Source: an uncultured Clostridia bacterium (GTDB lineage: Bacteria; Bacillota; Clostridia; TANB77; CAG-508). From it: a stretch of 64,000 nt of DNA. Where the stretch lies: the NCBI GenBank assembly GCA_947632185.1, contig CANROH010000001.1, positions 15,142-79,141 on the forward strand, read 5' to 3'. A model generated the notes under the pieces. That model had not been told where the DNA came from and made no database searches. It was given only the letters and a program-made list of their open reading frames with translations. Shown here piece by piece: positions 30,689-39,946 of this stretch (its first letter is position 1; each line of letters begins with the position of its first letter). Position numbers and translations under genes: made by a program.

Positions 30689-30717
30689 TTGACATTTTTA
30701 TTTTATATATGTAAAAT
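30689..30717 (+). promoter_or_regulatory. sigma-A promoter TTGACA-17-TAAAAT for the DUF45 protease gene
   Basis: Exact consensus -35. A near-palindrome TTTTTGCGAA..TTCGAAAAA lies just upstream. Confidence 0.5.
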
Positions 30718-30764
30718 AAAGCAAACAAACATTTGCAAACATTTATTTGTAGGAGGAAATAAAA

Positions 30765-31340
30765 ATGAATATTTTTAGAAAAGTAAAATTCAGTAATACA
30801 AAGGAAAAAGATGTTTTTAATAATGATAACTTTATATTTGGAAAAGATGAATCTTTACTTCCAAAATTTACTAAAATTTTTGGATTAAATTATTCTGTTA
30901 ACGTATATTATTTAAAAATTCAACATCCAGAATTAAATTTAGTAGAAAATTGTATAAATATTCATTTACCTATATCTTTTAGAAAAAGAAACAATCAAAG
31001 TTTATTAGATGTAATTTTATTTAAAATGTATAGTAAAATTGCAGAAAATGAAATTGAAAATATTATGGAAAAAGCACGACATACTTTTGGATTTGCTCCA
31101 GAAGATTACGAAATTAAAAAAATGTCATCTAATCTTGCAACTTGTAATAAAGATTTACAATCAATAACTATTAATCCTTATATTATTATGTATTCTAAAG
31201 AAATTATAGAATATGTTATTTATCATGAATTCTGTCATTTAAAATACAAAACTCATTCTCAAAAATTTTATGAAATGTTAAAAAAATATAAACCAAATTA
31301 TGAAAAATTAGCAAAACAACTTCCAAATTTGAAATATTAA
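30765..31340 (+). CDS. DUF45/YgjP-like (M48/WLM-type) zinc metallopeptidase
   Basis: HEFCH (HExxH) motif near the C-terminus. Confidence 0.7.
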   Translation: MNIFRKVKFSNTKEKDVFNNDNFIFGKDESLLPKFTKIFGLNYSVNVYYLKIQHPELNLVENCINIHLPISFRKRNNQSLLDVILFKMYSKIAENEIENIMEKARHTFGFAPEDYEIKKMSSNLATCNKDLQSITINPYIIMYSKEIIEYVIYHEFCHLKYKTHSQKFYEMLKKYKPNYEKLAKQLPNLKY

Positions 31341-31450
31341 AATTTTATAATACAAATTAAATATCTAATATTTCTATTATTAGTATTACTTATATTATAG
31401 AAAATTTTTAAAAATAATAGAAATATAAATAATTAATTTTTAATATAGAA

Positions 31451-31479
31451 AAGAAGGATTTTACTCCTTCTTTTTTTGG
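31451..31479. terminator. bidirectional rho-independent terminator
   Basis: aagaagga-ttttac-tccttctt hairpin plus a T-run. It overlaps the stop codon of the minus-strand gene. Confidence 0.6.
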
Positions 31480-31811
31480 TTCGGAACAATGGTTATTTCA
31501 TAAATTTTTAAATTAGTAAATTCACCCAAGTCACTAATACGCCAACCTTTATTTTTAATTTCAGTGTCAATCTCAGAAAAAAGTTGGGAATCTAATTCAT
31601 GCAAATCGGGGTCGAAATACTTAAATAATGTTTTAGTTTCCCATCCAACTATTCCTGATTGATTTGAAATAAGGATTTTCAGATTTTTTAAATCTGCTTT
31701 TTGGTAATCAAAACCAATAAAAGCTTGATCTAAAGCATCTGAAATGGCTACCTCCCATAAATTCCGAAAATACTCTTTACTTCTGTCCTCAAAATCTGCA
31801 AATGATTTCAT
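31461..31811 (-). CDS. hypothetical protein (116 aa) in elevated-GC segment
   Basis: Start MKSFADF with a perfect AGGAGG SD. GC is about 33% against a 25% background. Confidence 0.6.
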   Translation of the reverse strand: MKSFADFEDRSKEYFRNLWEVAISDALDQAFIGFDYQKADLKNLKILISNQSGIVGWETKTLFKYFDPDLHELDSQLFSEIDTEIKNKGWRISDLGEFTNLKIYEITIVPNQKKKE

Positions 31812-32041
31812 GTTAAAACCTCCTAATTTTAGTTTTGTGGACATTTTTCTTTTGTATAAAACCAATTCGGTTTAAAAATTGAAATAAGATAATTATCAAC
31901 TTAAAATTCCAAAAGGTTTAATACAAGTAATATTATAACATTTAATGTAATTAATTTCAACTTTACCCTGATAAAATGTTTACATAATTTGATTTTTATG
32001 ATATAATTCAAATCACTAAATTTTAGGAGGTATTACACCTA

Positions 32042-32542
32042 ATGAATTATGTCGTTGAATCAGAAAGAATACGTCTTCGGAAATTCCAACCTGATGATGT
32101 CATGAATTACTACAAAATGACTCGGGATCCGGCAATACAAAAATATGTACCTTATGCATGTGATGAAACTATTGAAGAAACTGCAGAAAGTGTTGCAATA
32201 TATTGTAATGGTGACTTCATTAATGATTTTTACATTGTTATTGAAGAAAAAAGTACTAAACAAATGATTGGAGCAATTTTTGCAAACAGAATGACAAAAG
32301 ACTCTACAAAAGAAGTTTCTATAATGACTAGCGCACAGTTTAGAAAAAAAGGAGTTATGAAGGAAGCAATAAAATTATTCATTTCATCGCTTCCTCCAAG
32401 GACTAAACTTTCTTTTTCTATAGAGTCTAGTAATATTGCTTCTATAAAAACTGTAACTTCAATCGAAAATATTATAGAAATACTTTCTTATAGTGATTTA
32501 GAAACAGGCACATTATATAGACATTTCATATATTTTTGTTAA
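32042..32542 (+). CDS. GNAT-family N-acetyltransferase (RimJ/RimL-like)
   Basis: IRLRKFQPDD N-terminus and the GNAT fold motif. Elevated GC. Confidence 0.8.
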   Translation: MNYVVESERIRLRKFQPDDVMNYYKMTRDPAIQKYVPYACDETIEETAESVAIYCNGDFINDFYIVIEEKSTKQMIGAIFANRMTKDSTKEVSIMTSAQFRKKGVMKEAIKLFISSLPPRTKLSFSIESSNIASIKTVTSIENIIEILSYSDLETGTLYRHFIYFC

Positions 32543-32595
32543 CGCCAATTCCTCAAAAAAAAGATGCTGGGTAAATTCCTAGCATTTTTTCTTTA

Positions 32596-32633
32596 TAAAA
32601 AAATACACTTAAATTAATTTTAAGTGTATTTTT
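32596..32633 (-). terminator. rplT terminator
   Basis: atacacttaaa-ttaa-tttaagtgtat perfect 11-bp stem, flanked by an A-run and a T-run. Confidence 0.65.
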
Positions 32634-32643
32634 ATAAAATATA

Positions 32644-32994
32644 TTAAGCTTTTTTTGCTATTTCAGCTAATTCAGAAAAAGCTTTACTATCAGAAACAGC
32701 TATTTCAGCTAACATTTTTCTATTTACAGTAACATTTGCTTTTTTTAATCCAGCAATCATTCTGCTATATGTTAAACCATTCATTCTTGCTGCCGCATTA
32801 ATTCTTGTTATCCATAATTTTCTAAAATCTGATTTTTTATCTTTTCTACCAACATATGCATACATTCCAGATTTCATAACTGCTTGTTTAGCATTTCTAA
32901 ATCTATAATGTTTAGCACCATAGTATCCTTTTGCTTGTTTTAATACTTTCTTATGTCTAGCTCTTGTTGTTATTGCTGTTTTTACTCTTGCCAT
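32644..32994 (-). CDS. rplT: 50S ribosomal protein L20
   Basis: [16 protein letters not shown]. Confidence 0.95.
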   Translation of the reverse strand: MARVKTAITTRARHKKVLKQAKGYYGAKHYRFRNAKQAVMKSGMYAYVGRKDKKSDFRKLWITRINAAARMNGLTYSRMIAGLKKANVTVNRKMLAEIAVSDSKAFSELAEIAKKA

Positions 32995-33026
32995 TTATAT
33001 CAACTCCTTTTCTTTCAAATTTCATC

Positions 33027-33230
33027 CTAGTTACCATATGGTAATAATCTTTTTATTCCTGCTACTACAGTCTTATCTGCATATGCATCCTGAATCTTTC
33101 CTGTTTTTCTTTGTCTTGCTGTTTTTGTAGCTAAACGATGTCTTCTATTAGCTTTTGTTCTTTTTACTTTTTCTTGAGCTGTAAAAGAATATCTTTTCTT
33201 TGCAGCCTTATTTGTTTTTACTTTTGGCAT
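33027..33230 (-). CDS. rpmI: 50S ribosomal protein L35
   Basis: MPKVKTNKAAKKR. Confidence 0.95.
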   Translation of the reverse strand: MPKVKTNKAAKKRYSFTAQEKVKRTKANRRHRLATKTARQRKTGKIQDAYADKTVVAGIKRLLPYGN

Positions 33231-33250
33231 GATGAAAACTCCCTTCTATT

Positions 33251-33760
33251 TTATATTTTTTTTGATAAAATTATAAACATGTTTTTACCTTCCAAGAATG
33301 GTTTTTTCTCAACTGTTGAAATATCAGAAAGTGATTCAATAAACTTATTTAAAACTGTTTCTCCAGCCTTAAGATTATTTAATTCCCTACCTCTAAATCT
33401 AACAGTAAGTTTTACTTTATTACCAGATTCTAAAAATGATCTAGCATTCTTACTCTTAAATAAAAAATCATGTTCACCTATATTTGGTGTAACTCTTATT
33501 TCTTTTTGTTCAACTGTTTTTTGATTTTTTCTAGATTCCTTCTCTTTTTTAGCTTGCTCAAATTTATATTTTCCATAATTCATTAATTTACAAACTACAG
33601 GCTTACTATTTGGTGATACTAAAACCAAATCTAAATTCTTTTCTTCCGCAAACTCTAGTGCTTTCTCAATAGGTACAATTCCTAGTTTTTCTCCTTCTGC
33701 ACCAATTAATTGAACTTCTTTTTCTTTTATTTGTCTATTTATAGGCAATTCTTGTTTTAT
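33251..33760 (-). CDS. infC: translation initiation factor IF-3 with non-canonical AUA start
   Basis: A GGAGGTG SD 7 nt upstream of ATA at 33760, giving (M)KQELPINRQ... The ORF track starts at an internal TTG. Confidence 0.9.
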   Translation of the reverse strand: MKQELPINRQIKEKEVQLIGAEGEKLGIVPIEKALEFAEEKNLDLVLVSPNSKPVVCKLMNYGKYKFEQAKKEKESRKNQKTVEQKEIRVTPNIGEHDFLFKSKNARSFLESGNKVKLTVRFRGRELNNLKAGETVLNKFIESLSDISTVEKKPFLEGKNMFIILSKKI

Positions 33761-33922
33761 GGTAAAACACCTCCAAAAAAAAAATTTGACTTATTTTAAA
33801 AAGCCAAATCCACATACTAATTCATTATAATATTGTCATTTATATTATAAATTTGAATTTTAACCTTATGCTCTTAACTTAAGATAAGGTGAGAAATGGA
33901 TATTTCTTCTTAAAACATTAAT

Positions 33923-33951
33923 ATATTACTACTTTTTTACATATTTGTCAA
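33923..33951 (-). promoter_or_regulatory. promoter of infC-rpmI-rplT operon (TTGACA-17-TAATAT) with ~180-nt leader, candidate L20-responsive leader
   Basis: Read on the minus strand. The leader contains a CCTTAT..ATAAGG hairpin. Confidence 0.4.
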
Positions 33952-34033
33952 GTATTTCATAAAACTTATTTTTTTATAAGAAATTAAAATATAAAACATA
34001 AAAAATCCTAAAAATTTAGGATTTTTTAAAATT

Positions 34034-34624
34034 TTATTTAGTTTGTTTGTTTTTTGAAAATATAGAAACAATTATATTTTTAATTTTTACAAAAATATTT
34101 TCTTTTTCCTTATTATCTAATGATAAATCTATATTTTTATTAGAATTTTCTTCTTCAACTACATCTGTATAATCTTGTATATCTGTATTTACTTGAGCAT
34201 ATTGATTATACCTTTGAACAGGTTTAGGTCTAGAAAAATCTTGAGCTGCAATTTCATTATAAGTTGTATCATCATTTTCTTGTTTTTCAAAAGTATTATC
34301 CCCAAATTTTTCTTTCATCTGTTCTTCTAGCTTTTCTTGGTTATGTAACATTATATTATATAGCTCTTTTTTTCTTTCCTCATCTTCACACCAATATTTT
34401 AAATGTAGCAATGCTATAATTTGCAAAGCGTATTCTTTTAATCCTTGATTTTGAAGCGGAATATATGGATTTATTTTAACCTGATAATTGGGATCTTTCA
34501 TCTCACTAAAAAAACTTATAATTTTTTTTGGAACTTTTTCTTTATACCTTATATTTATATGATTAATTATGTAATCGACTTCTGAATAAGCACGTAAATC
34601 TTCTAAAGTAATTACAACACTCAT
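34034..34624 (-). CDS. hypothetical protein (196 aa)
   Basis: ORF with an acidic C-terminal half. No family recognised. Confidence 0.5.
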   Translation of the reverse strand: MSVVITLEDLRAYSEVDYIINHINIRYKEKVPKKIISFFSEMKDPNYQVKINPYIPLQNQGLKEYALQIIALLHLKYWCEDEERKKELYNIMLHNQEKLEEQMKEKFGDNTFEKQENDDTTYNEIAAQDFSRPKPVQRYNQYAQVNTDIQDYTDVVEEENSNKNIDLSLDNKEKENIFVKIKNIIVSIFSKNKQTK

Positions 34625-34656
34625 TTGTATCCCTCCAATATCATTAGTATTTTAGA

Positions 34657-35091
34657 TTATCTTTCTATATTTTCTTTATTCACTTCTGCTCCAATTTCTG
34701 CTTTTCCATTTTGTAAAATTTCATTTACTATTTCTTCTGGGGTCCTAGTATCGTTTTCTAAAGCTTTTTGCGCATTAGCAATCTTTTGACCAGCTTCCAT
34801 GACAGAATGTATATTTGCATTTTTAGCATTTTCTAAAGATGCGTTAATAAGAGCTTCGCTCTCTTTCAGATTTGTTTCAGCTATATATTTTGCAATTAAG
34901 GTTAGATTTTCATTTACGCATTCTAATTTTTCTTCACCTATCCATCCATCAAACATATATTTAACTTGGTTTATTGGTTCTTTTGATGGCATTTTTCCTT
35001 TATATTTCACAGATTCACCGCTATTTACAAACTGTCTATCTAATATTGTTTTTTTATCTTCGTCTAAAAAAATTACTTCATATTGTTCCAA
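34657..35091 (-). CDS. hypothetical protein (144 aa)
   Basis: ORF only. No family recognised. Confidence 0.5.
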   Translation of the reverse strand: MEQYEVIFLDEDKKTILDRQFVNSGESVKYKGKMPSKEPINQVKYMFDGWIGEEKLECVNENLTLIAKYIAETNLKESEALINASLENAKNANIHSVMEAGQKIANAQKALENDTRTPEEIVNEILQNGKAEIGAEVNKENIER

Positions 35092-35277
35092 TATACTCCC
35101 CCCTTATTTATCATTAGTAATTATATATAACATAATATATTATTATTTCTTTTTTATCAAGCATTTTTTAATATTTTGCTAATATTAAGTTATACTATTC
35201 ATAATTATAATATAATTATATTAATAATTATTTTTAAAAATATTTACAATAAACTTTTTAATAAAACCTATAAAAAA

Positions 35278-35307
35278 AAGATACGAATAATCGTATCTTT
35301 TTCTATG
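35278..35307. terminator. hup terminator (bidirectional)
   Basis: aagatacg-aataat-cgtatctt hairpin flanked by A- and T-runs. Confidence 0.6.
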
Positions 35308-35335
35308 AATTCATATATTTTATTTATATATAATT

Positions 35336-35614
35336 CTATTTTTTATTTACTAAATCTTTTAATGCTTTTCCAGCTTTAAATACTGGAGCTTTTGATGCAG
35401 GTATTTTGATTTCTTCTTTAGTTTGTGGGTTTCTTCCTTTTCTAGCTGCTCTTTTTCTTACTTCAAAAGATCCAAATCCAACTAATTGAACTTTGTCTCC
35501 TTTTTCTAAAGCTTCTGTAACTGTGCTAACAAATGCATTTACAGATTCTTCAGCAGCTTTCTTTGTAACTCCTGTTTTTGCAGCTATTGCTGCGATTAAT
35601 TCAGCCTTGTTCAT
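35336..35614 (-). CDS. hup: DNA-binding protein HU
   Basis: [11 protein letters not shown]...[13 protein letters not shown]. Confidence 0.95.
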   Translation of the reverse strand: MNKAELIAAIAAKTGVTKKAAEESVNAFVSTVTEALEKGDKVQLVGFGSFEVRKRAARKGRNPQTKEEIKIPASKAPVFKAGKALKDLVNKK

Positions 35615-35758
35615 TTTTAATTACCTCCTAATAGATTTTAGTATTATGTAGAATTAATTTTCTTACTCTACAATACTTTTATTCTCCAAAATATGCTTAA
35701 ATCCTTCTTTTTTTAATTTTTTTTTAAATTTTTCCCTATTTTTCAACTTTTTCAACAC

Positions 35759-37345
35759 CTATACTGTTCTATTTTCAGTATTTTCAAGCTTTTCGGAAAC
35801 ATCTTTTATTTTCATCATTTTCATTATAAAAAACAAAAATATGTATATAATTATTGCAATTATAATTGCTAATACTGTACAAATTGTATAGTTTATATTT
35901 CTTAAAATAAGTAATCTATAAAAATGCATTGAACTAATTATCATAATGACACTTGCTATAGTTGGTTTTATTAATAATTTAAATATACTTTCATCTAAAA
36001 ATATATTTTTTTTCATAATAGAATATGCAATTATAAAAGATATAAAATTCGACATTATATTTCCTACAATTGCACCCTTTTCATATACACCAGCAATAGG
36101 AATTAATACTATATTACAAATAATTTTTACTATTAATCCAATTGTAGATAAATATACAGATACTTTATTTTTTCCAATTCCTTGTAAAATTCCATATATT
36201 GTTTGAGTAATCATTGAAAATATTATACTTATCGAAGCTAAACTTAATAAATTATATCCCTCTTGAGCTTTAGGAAATAATAAACTAAAAATAGATTTAG
36301 AATAAGCAAACATTCCAAAGGTACACGGAATTGCAATTATTATTGTCATAGTCAAAGATTGTTTTATTTTTTCGATTATTCCATTAATATCATTTGCTGC
36401 TTTTTTTCTAGATATCTCTGGGATTAATGCAGTAGAAATTGCTATATTAAATGATAGTGGCAATGCTATTAGTGCATCTACTTTAGAGCTTAGTATACCA
36501 TATTTTATTTTGGCTACTTCTTCACCAACAAATTTTTTTAAAATTCTAACAACAGTAACTGAATCAATATTTTTTCCAAATGATGATAATATTGCACTTA
36601 TTGTCATTGGTGTAGAAATCGACAATACATTCTTAATTATATATACTATTCTCTTTTTTTCATATATTATTCCATCAAGAACAATATCTTTTATTTTAAA
36701 GTTTATATATTTTATAATAATATAAATTAAACTAATAAATGTTGCTATTGTAGTAGCAAAATTAGCAAATGCAGCCATTATTTCTGTGTCATTATTAGTC
36801 AATTTAGAAACTACTTCCACAAATATTATTGTAAGAACTGTTTTAAATAATTGTTCAATAAATTGACATTTAGCTGTTATATATATTCTATTATCACCAT
36901 TGCAATATCCCTTTATAACTGAGTTTATTGAAACAAAAAATATTGCGGGTGCTAAAAGCATTAAACTAAATTTTGCCTCAGGAATATCTAAAATATTTTT
37001 AGATATAAAATCAGCTCCCAAAAAAAGTATTATGCATCCAATAAAACCAATTATAGCAAATAAAAATATTGATATTTTAAAAGTTCTTTCTAAATTTATA
37101 TAATCCTTTTGGGATTTTTCCTCTGATATTATTTTTGATATTGCGTTTGGGATTCCTATCGAAGAAATAGTTAATAATAGTGCATAAATTTGGTATCCAC
37201 TCATATATATAGCATTTCCTTCGTCCCCAAAACCAGTCTTATTAGTCAAATATAAACTATATATTACCCCAAAAATTTTTATTAATACCTGTGATACTAC
37301 TAAAGACACAATTCCTTTAATAAAATCTGTAAGTTTGATTTTCAA
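35759..37345 (-). CDS. MOP-superfamily polysaccharide/PG-precursor flippase (SpoVB-like)
   Basis: 528 aa with 14 TM helices. Has the typical Wzx/SpoVB architecture. Confidence 0.7.
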   Translation of the reverse strand: MKIKLTDFIKGIVSLVVSQVLIKIFGVIYSLYLTNKTGFGDEGNAIYMSGYQIYALLLTISSIGIPNAISKIISEEKSQKDYINLERTFKISIFLFAIIGFIGCIILFLGADFISKNILDIPEAKFSLMLLAPAIFFVSINSVIKGYCNGDNRIYITAKCQFIEQLFKTVLTIIFVEVVSKLTNNDTEIMAAFANFATTIATFISLIYIIIKYINFKIKDIVLDGIIYEKKRIVYIIKNVLSISTPMTISAILSSFGKNIDSVTVVRILKKFVGEEVAKIKYGILSSKVDALIALPLSFNIAISTALIPEISRKKAANDINGIIEKIKQSLTMTIIIAIPCTFGMFAYSKSIFSLLFPKAQEGYNLLSLASISIIFSMITQTIYGILQGIGKNKVSVYLSTIGLIVKIICNIVLIPIAGVYEKGAIVGNIMSNFISFIIAYSIMKKNIFLDESIFKLLIKPTIASVIMIISSMHFYRLLILRNINYTICTVLAIIIAIIIYIFLFFIMKMMKIKDVSEKLENTENRTV

Positions 37346-37518
37346 ATTTTCCTCCTAATACTCTTTTATCCTAATTGTATTATCATTTTATTTATATATT
37401 CATTAGAATATATAAATTTTTCTTAGGGAAATCAGTGTTTTTTTATTGAAAATGCTTGATTTTTTTCTAATTTTGTTAGATAATATATATGTATATTATT
37501 GTAAAAGGATGTTTTATT

Positions 37519-39870
37519 ATGATAATGAAATATATAGATATTTTTTTAAAGAAATTAAAAACAGATAGAAATACATTCGCAACATACATACTAACTTTAA
37601 TTTCAATATACATATGTGTAGATAGATTAGTTGAAGTATTGCTTATAATATTTTCTGGTTTATCTGTTTCTTATTGGGGACCTATAAAATATACTCTTGC
37701 AATGGCATGCCCAATATTTGCATTTTATTTTTCATTTGCATCAAAATTTGTAGAAGATAAATATACTAAACTTTCATTTTTTTATACATATGTAGTAGCA
37801 CTGTATATAATATTTATGTCAATGATTGTACAATGGATTAATCACATTGGTTGGTTACTTTTATTTTCTGTACCAAATTATTCTTATATAATTTCTACAT
37901 TTATGGATTTAATAAAACCTGCATTTTCAGCATTTGCATGGTATATTCCAATATGTAGCTTTTTCCCATTAGTAAAGTGGATTTTATTAACAGTTGATGA
38001 TACTTTATATATTAAAGAATCTATTTGGGATTATGGTGGAATAGATTTATCTGATAAATCTATTGGTATGGGACCTTATACTTGTGAAATGTTTTTATGT
38101 AAAGATTATGAAACTGGAAAATCTATAGTAACACCTGAATCTAGGAGATTTGAATCAACATTAATTGTTGGTGTTTCTGGATCTGGAAAAACTTCCATGA
38201 TGTTTGAACCAATGATTGCAAGAGACCTAGAGAAAAAATATTTCTTTAGAGAAACTTCTAAAGAATTAGCATTCACTGCATTAAAAACAAATATTGCTAC
38301 TTTAAATTCACCTTACTCTAATGACTACATAAATGAAAACTTTAGTTTAAATATGATTAGTCCAGTTTTAAGTAAAGAAAAGATATTTAAAGCTTATTTT
38401 TCAAAATTAATTTATAATTATAATGGTGCTAATACTATTTATAAAAATCTTGGAATTACATATATGGCACCTGATTATGAATCAATTACTCATATAAAAG
38501 ATGTTGCTAGCAATTTTGGTATAAAATATAATGTAGTAGATCCAAGTGATAATTCTTCAATTGGGCTAAATCCATTTACTTATGAAGATCCAATAAAAAC
38601 TTCTATAGCAATTTCTTCTATATTAAAGAGAATGTATGCTTCTGGATCTGTTCATGAGGCTGGTTCAGAAGAAGAAGCATTTATGCAAAACATAGTTACT
38701 CAAGCAATAGAAAATTTAGTATTAATGTTAAAAGAAGTTTATCCTAGATTACATGATGGTTTACTACCAAATCTAGAAGATTTATTAGATTTATTAAATG
38801 ATTTCACTTTAATTGAAAAAATGGCTGAACAGATGAAACAGTTCCCAGATTTAGCTGAAAAATATAAAATACAATTAGGATATTTTAAGAAAACTTTCTA
38901 TAAAACAGCACATGACAAGGAAACTACAGAAAAATATTTACAGGCATCTGCAGCACAACTTGAAAATCTACTTAGATATCCTGGTGTAAGAAATATTTTA
39001 TGTAATAGAACAAATAATATAAATTATGATAAAGCATTAGAATCAGGTGATATTACTTTAGTATGTACTAGACGTGGAGATTTAGGAGCTAGTGTTCATA
39101 AAGCATTTGGTCTATTCTTCCTATTACTTATGCAGCAATCTGTTCTATCTAGACCAGGAAATGAAAAAACTAGAATTCCACACTTCTTATATATAGATGA
39201 ATTTCCACCTTTCATTTGCAAACCTACTGAAGATATATTTACATTATATAGAAAATATAGAGTTGGAACAATTATATCATCTCAAAACTTATCACAATTT
39301 GGAATAAATAATGATTATAATTATAGACAAACAATTATGGCAAACTGTACAACAAAAATAGTATTTGGTAATAACACCCCAGAAGATAACGAATGGTGGG
39401 AAAAAGAATTTGGTGATAAGAGACGTTGGGTATTTACACATGATTATGATACAGATAAAGGAAAATACTCTGATACTTATAAATCAATTAAGTGGGAATG
39501 GATTAAGAACTTTAAAGCTGGAAAAATCCAAGCAATGAAATTCAAAACAGTTATTTATAAAACAAAGGATTTAAAAGGAAAGAATCTTGTTGGTCAAGCA
39601 AAAATTGATTTCTTGGAATCAAGATATAAAGAACCACAAAAGATTAAATCTTTTGACTTTAGTAGATTTGGAGGAGCTGTAAATCCAGCTACTACTGAAG
39701 AACATAAATCAAGACCTAAATTTAATTTGAATAATATTGATTTTCATAGTAATCCAAATAACCCAAATGATATGGATCCAATTCAAATGAATACATCTGA
39801 TGAAAAATATAAATTTAATAATGAAGATGCAATAACATCTTACAATTCAAATAATGATTCAAATGAATAA
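37519..39870 (+). CDS. divergent TraG/TraD/VirD4-family (type IV coupling protein-like) P-loop ATPase with 5 N-terminal TM helices
   Basis: Walker A GVSGSGKTS at ~aa 227 and Walker B HFLYIDEF about 340 aa later, so the nucleotide-binding domain is split by an alpha-domain insertion. SSQNLSQFG Q-motif and an Asn/Asp-rich C-tail are present. Start moved to MIMKYI, which has an AAAGGA SD. Confidence 0.7.
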   Translation: MIMKYIDIFLKKLKTDRNTFATYILTLISIYICVDRLVEVLLIIFSGLSVSYWGPIKYTLAMACPIFAFYFSFASKFVEDKYTKLSFFYTYVVALYIIFMSMIVQWINHIGWLLLFSVPNYSYIISTFMDLIKPAFSAFAWYIPICSFFPLVKWILLTVDDTLYIKESIWDYGGIDLSDKSIGMGPYTCEMFLCKDYETGKSIVTPESRRFESTLIVGVSGSGKTSMMFEPMIARDLEKKYFFRETSKELAFTALKTNIATLNSPYSNDYINENFSLNMISPVLSKEKIFKAYFSKLIYNYNGANTIYKNLGITYMAPDYESITHIKDVASNFGIKYNVVDPSDNSSIGLNPFTYEDPIKTSIAISSILKRMYASGSVHEAGSEEEAFMQNIVTQAIENLVLMLKEVYPRLHDGLLPNLEDLLDLLNDFTLIEKMAEQMKQFPDLAEKYKIQLGYFKKTFYKTAHDKETTEKYLQASAAQLENLLRYPGVRNILCNRTNNINYDKALESGDITLVCTRRGDLGASVHKAFGLFFLLLMQQSVLSRPGNEKTRIPHFLYIDEFPPFICKPTEDIFTLYRKYRVGTIISSQNLSQFGINNDYNYRQTIMANCTTKIVFGNNTPEDNEWWEKEFGDKRRWVFTHDYDTDKGKYSDTYKSIKWEWIKNFKAGKIQAMKFKTVIYKTKDLKGKNLVGQAKIDFLESRYKEPQKIKSFDFSRFGGAVNPATTEEHKSRPKFNLNNIDFHSNPNNPNDMDPIQMNTSDEKYKFNNEDAITSYNSNNDSNE

Positions 39871-39878
39871 ACTTAAAA

Positions 39879-39910
39879 GGCTCTTAGAAAATAATCTAAG
39901 AGCTTTTTTT
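39879..39910. terminator. rho-independent terminator between convergent T4CP-like gene and purB
   Basis: ggctcttag-aaaataat-ctaagagc hairpin followed by TTTTTTT. Confidence 0.65.
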
Positions 39911-39946
39911 ATAACTAAAATATAATAACTTTGCTACCGTAATAAA

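Noticed and set aside
37489-39870. Interpretation as FtsK/SpoIIIE DNA translocase
   Set aside because: The Walker A to Walker B distance is about 340 aa, whereas FtsK-family motors have about 100 aa. There is no gamma-domain, and the Q-motif and architecture fit VirD4/TraG-type coupling proteins better.
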